Assembly: GCA_964567265.1 (NCBI GenBank)
Contig: CAZMLK010000002.1
Coordinates: 66,996 to 130,995 of the forward strand
Direction of reading: 5' to 3'
From: an uncultured Candidatus Saccharibacteria bacterium
Lineage (GTDB): Bacteria > Patescibacteriota > Minisyncoccia > Phycocordibacterales > UBA12088
DNA length: 64,000 nucleotides
Positions 56,688 through 64,000 of the stretch are shown piece after piece. The notes beneath the pieces were generated by a model. That model did no database searches. It was given only the letters and a program-made list of their open reading frames with translations, and was not told the DNA's origin. A program made the translations under genes and the position numbers. Within the stretch, counting starts at the first letter, position 1, and every line of letters begins with the position of its first letter.

Positions 56688-58827
56688 GAGTGCTCAGGGG
56701 ATGGTCGGCGCTTGCAGTCAGGCCCTTTCGCTCCGCAAAGGTAGGGTCTACCGCCTTGATGGAAAGGTTGATGCGTTGCTTGTCGTCAATCTCTTTGATT
56801 ATAACCGATACTCGCTCTCCTTCACGAAGCGCTTCAGACACTTTATTGACCCGGAAGGGTGCAATCTCAGAAACATGCACCAACCCCTCGGTATTTTTAC
56901 CGATACGAACAAACGCGCCGAAGTCCATGAGGCGCGTAACTTCGCCCTCAAAGGTCTCTCCCGCCTTGTATTCATGCGTCAATTCCTCGAGCGCCTTCTT
57001 TGCGAGCTCTGCGCTCCCGTCCTTTCCTGTAATGAATATGGTGCCGTCCTCTTCGATCGTAATATCAACGACGCCCGTTTCCTCGCGAATCTTATTTATG
57101 GTCTTTCCCCCCGGACCGATGACGAGGCCGATCTGTTCCTTCTTCACGGAGATGACGAGGATTTTAGGTGCGCGGGGTGAAATATCAGCACGCGGTGCAG
57201 GAATAGCGTCCGCAATTGTCTCAAGGATGTGAAGTCGCGCAATACGTGCTGCTTCAAGGGCTTCGCGAAGGATGGTTACGGGGACGCCATCAACCTTCAC
57301 GTCGAGCTGGATCGCGGAGACCCCTTCGCTCGTCCCAGCGACTTTGAAGTCCATGTCTCCATGGTGATCCTCGGGGCCCTGGATGTCAGTAAGTACCTTG
57401 TATTGCCCCTCATGCATCATGAGTCCCATGGCGATGCCTGCGACCGGCCTCGTGATTGGAACTCCGCCATCCATAAGAGCGATGGTAGACGCGCAGACTG
57501 AGCCCATCGAGGTTGAGCCGTTTGAGGCGAAGCATTCTGAAACCAGGCGAATTGTATAAGGAAAGGCATCTTTTGAAGGAATCACCGCTTCAAGTGCTTT
57601 TTCTGCGAGGGCGCCGTGGCCGACCGCACGGCGATTGAAACCACCCACTCGTCCTGTTTCTCCCGGCGCGAAAGGAGGAAAGTTGTAATGGTGCATGAAA
57701 CGCTTCTTTTCTTCGCGGTCCTCAATGGAGTCGATGATCTGCGAGTCACCAGGGCCACCAAGCGTAAGTGCGGTAAATACGTGCGTGCCGCCGCGATAAA
57801 AGACGCCCGTCCCGTGTGCCATCGGCGAGATACCGCCCGCCTCGGCATAGAGCGGGCGCACCTCGTCGAAGCGCCTGCCGTCGGCACGCTGGTTGTTCTC
57901 GACCGCCTGGACATGGAGCGTGTGATCAACCTGATCCTCGAAGAGCTTGTCCGCGAAGATCACTGCCTCAGGAAGTTCAACTTTTACACGTTCAATGAAC
58001 TCCTTTTTAAGCGCGCCAATCTCCTTCTTGCCCGGGTTGCCTGAAATAACGGTGGTAGCCATGCGCCCTTCAAACCCCTCGACGTACAGCGCGCGAAGCG
58101 CGTCCGGCACATCTGGCGCTTGGATGGAACGCTTCTGCTTCCCGATCTCCGCAATAATTGCTTCCTGGAATTTCTGAATTTTTCCCAATTCTGCTGTCGC
58201 AAATTCAAGCGCATCTCCGAGTTCCGATTCGGCGACTTCCCGAGCCCCGACCTCGATCATATTGATGGTGTTGTCCCGGCCGCATGCTAAAAGGTCGAAA
58301 AGACTGTCATCACCACGCTCAGCATAGGTCGGATTGATCAGGTACGAATCTCCACTGGTTTTTTTCCCGATCCGAATCGCGGAGACGGGCCCGCCCCAGG
58401 GGATATCAGAGGTTGCAAGTGCTAGAGATGCGCCAAGGACGCCAAGCACGTCAGGATCATCGACATCTATAGAAAGCACGGTAATGATGATCTGGACCTC
58501 GTTGCGCATCCTGTGATCGAAGAGGGGGCGGATTGTTCGGTCAACAATCCGCCCAGAAAGAATCGCCTCATCGGAAGGTCTCCCCTCTCTTCGCATGAAG
58601 CGGCTGCCGAGAATCTGGCCGGCCGCATAGAATTTTTCTTCGTATTCGACGGAGAGGGGGAAGTAATCGATGTCATTCCGCTGGCGCTCCGACATGACGG
58701 CTGTTGCCAGGATGACCGTATTCCCATAGGTAATGAGGACGGATCCATGAGCCTGGTCGGCCAAATCAGTGAATTCAGCGGTCAATTTCTTGCCGCCAAT
58801 TTCCGTTACGTAGGTTTTCTTCTGCAT
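56653..58827 (-). CDS. pnp: polyribonucleotide nucleotidyltransferase
   Basis: two RNase PH domains, KH and S1 domains at the C-terminus; 724 aa. Confidence 0.9.
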   Translation of the reverse strand: MQKKTYVTEIGGKKLTAEFTDLADQAHGSVLITYGNTVILATAVMSERQRNDIDYFPLSVEYEEKFYAAGQILGSRFMRREGRPSDEAILSGRIVDRTIRPLFDHRMRNEVQIIITVLSIDVDDPDVLGVLGASLALATSDIPWGGPVSAIRIGKKTSGDSYLINPTYAERGDDSLFDLLACGRDNTINMIEVGAREVAESELGDALEFATAELGKIQKFQEAIIAEIGKQKRSIQAPDVPDALRALYVEGFEGRMATTVISGNPGKKEIGALKKEFIERVKVELPEAVIFADKLFEDQVDHTLHVQAVENNQRADGRRFDEVRPLYAEAGGISPMAHGTGVFYRGGTHVFTALTLGGPGDSQIIDSIEDREEKKRFMHHYNFPPFAPGETGRVGGFNRRAVGHGALAEKALEAVIPSKDAFPYTIRLVSECFASNGSTSMGSVCASTIALMDGGVPITRPVAGIAMGLMMHEGQYKVLTDIQGPEDHHGDMDFKVAGTSEGVSAIQLDVKVDGVPVTILREALEAARIARLHILETIADAIPAPRADISPRAPKILVISVKKEQIGLVIGPGGKTINKIREETGVVDITIEEDGTIFITGKDGSAELAKKALEELTHEYKAGETFEGEVTRLMDFGAFVRIGKNTEGLVHVSEIAPFRVNKVSEALREGERVSVIIKEIDDKQRINLSIKAVDPTFAERKGLTASADHPLSTHGERPNNRSHA

Positions 58828-59052
58828 AGCGTCTGACGGCGCCTGGAATCGAAATGTGAAGCCGCCGAAACCATCAATCCAGGCTTCAAATCTCTCACCA
58901 GGAACCGTGGAGATTATGGGTAATTATGGGCACTATATCAGCAATCGATTCTCCCCGGTAGAGAAATCCTTGCTGGCGTGCCGGAAAATTAACATGCAAA
59001 CAGCCTCGCAGCCGTGGCGCGGCGAGACTGTTTGCGAATTATGGAATCGGGG

Positions 59053-59577
59053 CTAGAATCGCGCTCCTTTGTACGAAATAAGGTATTTCTTGGGATTTTC
59101 GTCGAGGTCGGTGAAGTGATCGCATGCCTCGCGAAGGCGTCCAGAAGTCGATTTTCCGAAGGAAACCACTTCCACCTGGCATCCTTCCTTGATTTTCAAA
59201 TATTCGACGAGAGGGATAAAGTCGCCATCGCCACTTGCGATGATGATTGTGTCGAGTTTCGGTGACATGGTGACCGCGTCAATCGCAAGACCGACGTCCC
59301 AATCTGCTTTTTTAGCACCGCCAAAGAAAATCTGGAGATCCTTTGTCTTTGCCTCGATGCCGACCTTGGCGAGAGCCTCAAAGAATCCTTGTTCTTCGCC
59401 GCTTTCCGTCGTGACAACATATGCAAGTGCGCGGACCAAGATACGATCCTCAACAACTTCCTTGAGCACTGCTCCAAAATTCACCTTTGCTTTGTAGAGG
59501 TTTTTGGCGCTGTGGTACAGGTTTTGCGTGTCTATAAAGACGCCGACACGCTGTGCTTTGTGCTTGATGACTGACAT
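59053..59577 (-). CDS. NYN-domain (LabA-like PIN) protein
   Basis: VGVFIDTQNLYHSAK N-terminal motif and IIIASGDGDFIPLV typical of NYN/LabA family. Confidence 0.75.
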   Translation of the reverse strand: MSVIKHKAQRVGVFIDTQNLYHSAKNLYKAKVNFGAVLKEVVEDRILVRALAYVVTTESGEEQGFFEALAKVGIEAKTKDLQIFFGGAKKADWDVGLAIDAVTMSPKLDTIIIASGDGDFIPLVEYLKIKEGCQVEVVSFGKSTSGRLREACDHFTDLDENPKKYLISYKGARF

Positions 59578-59649
59578 AAAAAAATATAAGCGTCCTGTAT
59601 AAAACGTATAGCCTCCTTTAAGTATACACCCAGTCGGTGGCTATTATTT

Positions 59650-59677
59650 CAGAAACTCGCCGGGAGGCGAGTTTCTG
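59650..59677 (-). terminator. stem-loop downstream of rpsO (no clear U-tract)
   Basis: CAGAAACTCGCC-GGGA-GGCGAGTTTCTG. Confidence 0.4.
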
Positions 59678-59694
59678 AGGAAAAGTCAGAGAAT

Positions 59695-59961
59695 TTATTT
59701 CTTGAGGTCGAGCTTCTTGAGAACGGCGTTGTAGCGGCGCTTGTCCTTCTTTTCAAGGTAAGTCAAATGTTTGCGGCGGTCTGCAACCATGCCGAGAAGT
59801 CCGCGGCGTGAATGGTTATCCTTCGCATTCTTCTTCAGATGTACCGAAAGTTCCTCAATTTTCTTGCTGAGGAGGGCAATCTGAACCTCCGGAGAGCCGG
59901 TATCGATGTCGTGACGACGGACGTCCTTGGTCGCGTTGGTTTTCTGTTTCTTCGAAAGCAT
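59695..59961 (-). CDS. rpsO: 30S ribosomal protein S15
   Basis: start at MLSKKQK; ...[29 protein letters not shown] is a canonical S15 sequence. Confidence 0.85.
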   Translation of the reverse strand: MLSKKQKTNATKDVRRHDIDTGSPEVQIALLSKKIEELSVHLKKNAKDNHSRRGLLGMVADRRKHLTYLEKKDKRRYNAVLKKLDLKK

Positions 59962-60061
59962 GGGGGCACGATACCACATAAGGGGTTTTTAGGCAACCCG
60001 TCTCATGAAGATCGTAGTTTCATCACGAAACCGAGATTCTTGGTATACTATTTTGCGACAC

Positions 60062-60991
60062 ATGGCAGTTTCAGAGCTCGACAGCCTAAAACGTGAATTT
60101 TTGGAGCACCTTGAAATCGAAAAAGGGCGGAGCTTGAAGACCATTGAGAATTACGACCATTATCTGAGCCGTTTTCTGGAATTTTCGAAGAATACCTCCC
60201 CGAAAGACATAACCGACACGAGTGTCCGCGAATACCGCCTTTGGCTGAACCGACAGGATGCCGGTAAGAAGCCAGGGGGTGTTCGTGAGACGTTGAAGCG
60301 GAAAACTCAAAATTACTATCTGATCGCCCTCCGAGCCTTCCTCAAATATCTCCGAAAACGCGGCATTGAATCCATGTCGCCGGAACGTATTGAACTTGCG
60401 AAGGTAGGAGACCGGTCCCTCGACCTCATTTCCATCGATGAGTTGGACCGGCTTCTGAAGGCTCCTTCGGGCGGCAATCTAAAGGATCTTCGGGATTCGG
60501 CCATCATTGAACTCCTTTTCTCAACAGGGCTCCGTGTCTCTGAGCTCTGTTCCCTCCATCGTGACCTTGATCTGAATCGCGACGAGCTCTCGGTCCGTGG
60601 CAAGGGAGATAAGGTTCGGGTCGTATTCCTATCGGACCCTGCGAAGGAAAAGATCAAGAAATACCTTGCAAAACGGGACGATATCGATGACGCACTCTTC
60701 GTCCAGCTCGGAAAAGGCGCTAAAACGGCCTCAACGCAACGCCTTACTCCACGTTCGGTCGAGCGGATCATCAAGGCATATGCAATCAGGGCGGGTATTA
60801 CGCGTAAGGTGACGCCACATGTTATTCGTCACTCTTTTGCTACGGATCTCCTCCAGAATGGCGCAGATTTGCGCTCTGTCCAGGCGCTGCTCGGACATGC
60901 GAACATTGCAACGACCCAGATTTACACTCACGTCACCGACGCTCACCTCAAGGATATCCACAAGACATTCCACGGGAAAGGGAGAAAATAG
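60062..60991 (+). CDS. tyrosine recombinase XerC/XerD-like
   Basis: start MAVSELDSLK; catalytic R..H..R..Y context HVIRHSFATDLLQNGADLRSVQALLGHANIATTQIYTHV. Confidence 0.8.
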   Translation: MAVSELDSLKREFLEHLEIEKGRSLKTIENYDHYLSRFLEFSKNTSPKDITDTSVREYRLWLNRQDAGKKPGGVRETLKRKTQNYYLIALRAFLKYLRKRGIESMSPERIELAKVGDRSLDLISIDELDRLLKAPSGGNLKDLRDSAIIELLFSTGLRVSELCSLHRDLDLNRDELSVRGKGDKVRVVFLSDPAKEKIKKYLAKRDDIDDALFVQLGKGAKTASTQRLTPRSVERIIKAYAIRAGITRKVTPHVIRHSFATDLLQNGADLRSVQALLGHANIATTQIYTHVTDAHLKDIHKTFHGKGRK

Positions 60992-61066
60992 GGGTCATTG
61001 GGATTTGTTTTCGGTCGAGCCCGTTGGGATATACTGATTGATATAAAAGATGTAACCTTATAAAAT

Positions 61067-61399
61067 ATGGGTTTTTTCGGAGATGCAAAAGGAATTCATG
61101 GCTCGAGCGAGCTCAAGCAGCTTGATCGAGCCATTCGGGAATCGTTCGGCTCAACCGGTATATTCGGAGATAGCTATGCTGCTGATCGCCTCGCATTCGT
61201 AAAAGCAACCTTCGATACGTTTTTGAATAGCAAGAATTATTCCCATGGAGAAGCTACCTCGTGGGGAGAGAAGACTATCGAGCCCCATGAGGTAGAAGAA
61301 GTGCTTGCCATTCTTTCTGCAGGGGGAGCGCGGTACCACATCACCCAAGAACAGATTGACTCGTTCCGGAAGCGTATAACGAATGCGACGAACTCCTAG
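61067..61399 (+). CDS. hypothetical protein
   Basis: 110-aa ORF in lower-GC stretch. Confidence 0.4.
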   Translation: MGFFGDAKGIHGSSELKQLDRAIRESFGSTGIFGDSYAADRLAFVKATFDTFLNSKNYSHGEATSWGEKTIEPHEVEEVLAILSAGGARYHITQEQIDSFRKRITNATNS

Positions 61400-61428
61400 A
61401 GGAGGCAAATTCTGTTATCATAGGCCGC

Positions 61429-62229
61429 ATGAGGCTTATCTCTTGGAATGTGAATGGAATTCGGGCAGTTCATCGCAAAGGACTCCTTCTCCCCTTCCTG
61501 GCAGAATATAAGCCAGATATTTTTTGTATACAGGAGACCAAGGCGGAACGGTCCCAAACGGAAATTGACGTATCAGGGTATGAAGAGTACTGGAATTCCG
61601 CCGAAAAAAAGGGATACAGTGGAACCGCTATTTTTACCAAAGAAAAACCGCTCAGCGTCCGCCTTGGCATACCAGAAAAACTGGCTCAAAAGTTCAAGCT
61701 AACTGATGATTCGTATGGGAACCCAAACCTCGAAGGCCGGGTCACTGCACTTGAATTCAAGGATTTCTTCGTGGTAACTGTATATACCCCAAATGCAAAA
61801 GATGACCTCAGTCGCTTACCTCTCCGGCACAAGCAATGGGACCCTGCGTTCCTCGCATACATGCAGCTGCTCGAAAAGGAAAAACCGGTTATTTTTTGCG
61901 GAGATTTGAATGTGGCACACACTCCTGATGACCTTGCTCGTCCGAAGGAAAATGTAGGGGTAAAAGGATTCACAAACGAGGAACGAGAAGGCGTACAATC
62001 ATTGATCAATGCCGGCTTTGTTGATACCTTCCGCATGTTTACTAAAGGAAACGGCTACTACACGTGGTGGAGCCATTTTCGAAATGCTCGGGAGCGGAAT
62101 GTCGGTTGGCGTATAGATTACTTCTTTGTCAGCCAGAGTCTCGCAGTGAGAGTCGTGAAAGCTGCCATACTGCCAGACGTCCTCGGTTCGGACCACTGTC
62201 CAACTCTTCTAGATATAAAGGACAAATAA
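61429..62229 (+). CDS. xth: exodeoxyribonuclease III (AP endonuclease)
   Basis: MRLISWNVNGIRA..., ...CIQETK..., C-terminal SDHCP motif. Confidence 0.85.
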   Translation: MRLISWNVNGIRAVHRKGLLLPFLAEYKPDIFCIQETKAERSQTEIDVSGYEEYWNSAEKKGYSGTAIFTKEKPLSVRLGIPEKLAQKFKLTDDSYGNPNLEGRVTALEFKDFFVVTVYTPNAKDDLSRLPLRHKQWDPAFLAYMQLLEKEKPVIFCGDLNVAHTPDDLARPKENVGVKGFTNEEREGVQSLINAGFVDTFRMFTKGNGYYTWWSHFRNARERNVGWRIDYFFVSQSLAVRVVKAAILPDVLGSDHCPTLLDIKDK

Positions 62230-62595
62230 AGGACAGTTATCCACAGCTATGTCCTTTACACGTATTTTATGTCCTTTATACTTCATATCAGAGCCGTATT
62301 GCAGTGGTGTGCATAGTTCTTTCAAATTAAATATTGGAGACCAAATGGTCTTAGCTAATGCATGTGCCCACGCATATACTTAATTTATGTAAATAAATTG
62401 GCATCCATGCTCGCGACGACGATTTCGTACCCCAATAATTCAGTTCTTTGGCTTCGGCCATACAAAAACCGCCAATAAGGCGATTCGACAAGTTCTCCAC
62501 CTTAACGAATCACCAGACAGGCGGTTTTGTTATTTTAGACGTTCCGTGTGAAACGCTCCTATATATTTCATCCCATTGTTCCGTGTGAAACTCAC

Positions 62596-64000
62596 CTAGG
62601 TAACGAAATGTTTACCCCGAATCTCTTCAATTTGTTTACGATCCTCCTCTTCTCGCTTTCGTTTACCGCCTTCCCCGAGCGCCCTCAGCTTCGCATCATC
62701 AAGTTTAGAGAGCTCCCCAACCCTTTTCTCTAAGTACCCGCCTTCATTTCTCGAGGGATCGTCGAGCACCTCTTCAAGGAGTGCGTGAAGCAGGAATCCG
62801 ATCCTCGGCCCTCCCTTCTCGCCTAATATGTCCATAATGGTAATGCCATCAATGGCAAGCATACCAACTGAAACGGGGTCACGTCGTGCTTCATCCACCA
62901 TGGCTTTATATTTCCGAAAACGGAACGGCTGTTCCTTCGGCCTACCGGTCCCTACTCGGTCGCAAATACGAATATTAAGCAAATCCTCAATATTCTCTTC
63001 CCCCACGTTCCGGATCATCCTCCGAACAGCTGAAAGCGTTATTTGATCCGGGTCAGAGAAGAACATGTGCCACCGGACCAAAGTCACAACCTTTTCAATG
63101 GTCTTGGAAGGAAATTTGAGCGACTCAAGTGCCTTTTTCGTGACTTTTGCCCCCACAACCTCGTGCCCATAGAATGTCCACTCTCCCGAATCCCCTTTTC
63201 GACGTGTCTCTGGCTTTGCTATATCGTGAAATAGCGCCGCAAGGCGTATTTCAAGCGGCCACCCTTTGTCTGCCGCATGCTGCATGGAACGGAGCAAATG
63301 TTCAAAAACGGTATATTTGTGAGCCTGATTCTGCTCTACGTCAATTGAACGCTCGAGGTCAGGAACAACATACTTTAAAATCCCCACTTGTTTCATGAGT
63401 AACAGGGCGTCCATGGGGCGATCTGACATCAGAACCCTCACCAACTCGTCTCGGACGCGTTCCTTCGCGATCTTCTCCAGGGCAGGGCCGCTTTCCATAA
63501 GTCCAGCAAGGGTCCCTGCTTCGATAATAAAGCCGTGTTCGGCCGCTAGCCGGACCGCTCGAAGAATACGGAGCGCATCCTCACTAAAACGCTCCCTTGG
63601 CTCCCCCACTGCTCGAATCACCCCCTCAGCAAGATCCTTGATCCCTTCGAAATAATCCACAATGGACTCGTCGCGTGGTCGGAGCGCGATCGCATTGAAG
63701 GTGAAGTCTCTCCGCTTCAGGTCATCTGCGATATTACGACTAAACATAACGGCATCAGGATGCCTGGCATTCGAATAAGTCGATTCGGTGCGGTACGGCG
63801 TGACTTCAATGACCCGGAGAGATTCGTCAGAGGGGTTTTCGCTAACAATACCAACTGTTCCGTACTCATTGTCGCAAAATGAATGTTTGAACAGTGATTG
63901 TATTTCCTCAGGATCGGCATTCGTTGTAATATCCCAGTCCTTTGGTTTTTTCCCAAGAAACAAGTCTCTGACACACCCACCCACTAAATAGGCTTCAAAA
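62596..64000 (-). CDS. cca: CCA-adding tRNA nucleotidyltransferase with HD domain (5' end beyond window)
   Basis: GGCVRDLFLGKKPKDWDITT head-domain motif, RRDFTFNA, HD motif FHDIAKP; ORF continues past position 64000. Confidence 0.8.
   Translation of the reverse strand, partial: FEAYLVGGCVRDLFLGKKPKDWDITTNADPEEIQSLFKHSFCDNEYGTVGIVSENPSDESLRVIEVTPYRTESTYSNARHPDAVMFSRNIADDLKRRDFTFNAIALRPRDESIVDYFEGIKDLAEGVIRAVGEPRERFSEDALRILRAVRLAAEHGFIIEAGTLAGLMESGPALEKIAKERVRDELVRVLMSDRPMDALLLMKQVGILKYVVPDLERSIDVEQNQAHKYTVFEHLLRSMQHAADKGWPLEIRLAALFHDIAKPETRRKGDSGEWTFYGHEVVGAKVTKKALESLKFPSKTIEKVVTLVRWHMFFSDPDQITLSAVRRMIRNVGEENIEDLLNIRICDRVGTGRPKEQPFRFRKYKAMVDEARRDPVSVGMLAIDGITIMDILGEKGGPRIGFLLHALLEEVLDDPSRNEGGYLEKRVGELSKLDDAKLRALGEGGKRKREEEDRKQIEEIRGKHFVT

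Noticed and set aside
62539-62590. CRISPR array
   Set aside because: Only two 14-nt direct repeats (GTTCCGTGTGAAAC) 24 nt apart, and no cas genes. Too short and too few units.

Overview
High-GC (about 55-60%) bacterial chromosomal window, densely coded, no obvious Shine-Dalgarno sites, many small or hypothetical secreted proteins. Gene content looks like Candidate Phyla Radiation / Patescibacteria, but that placement is inference only. The window spans the replication origin region: dnaA-dnaN with AT-rich DnaA-box spacer, and rpmH-rnpA-yidC-jag. It also carries core housekeeping genes (rplS, rpsT, rpsO, pnp, polA, tyrS, ruvABC, ruvX, uvrD, ksgA, tsaE, uppS, PBP1A, Mur ligase, cca), type IV pilus genes (pilM/N/O, pilB ATPase), and a roughly 12-kb minus-strand operon for a type IV secretion-like system (VirB4 ATPase, VirB3/PrgI-like, VirB6-like, VirB2-like pilin candidate, several secreted proteins). 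There are five tRNA genes (Val-TAC, Arg-TCT, Ser-TGA, Arg-GCG, Lys-TTT), none encoding CCA. The strongest unexplained signal: every one of the five tRNAs is followed immediately on its 3' side by a roughly 120-145-nt conserved, highly structured element. It is a three-way junction with compensatory base changes between copies. Its first helix strand is the exact reverse complement of the T-arm / 3' end of that particular tRNA, and its 3' end is a diverged direct copy of the tRNA 3' end. I cannot assign it to any known RNA family or mobile element from memory. It is either a novel tRNA-trailer RNA (processing, termination or regulatory) or a tRNA-targeting miniature element. Other notable items: a 170-nt noncoding segment closed by a perfect 22-24-bp inverted repeat upstream of ruvB; a clpP gene sandwiched between two tRNA+element copies sharing an identical 55-nt hairpin; perfect 25-bp palindromic terminators; and an AT-rich convergent intergenic region carrying a hairpin-embedded perfect DnaA box and short direct repeats.
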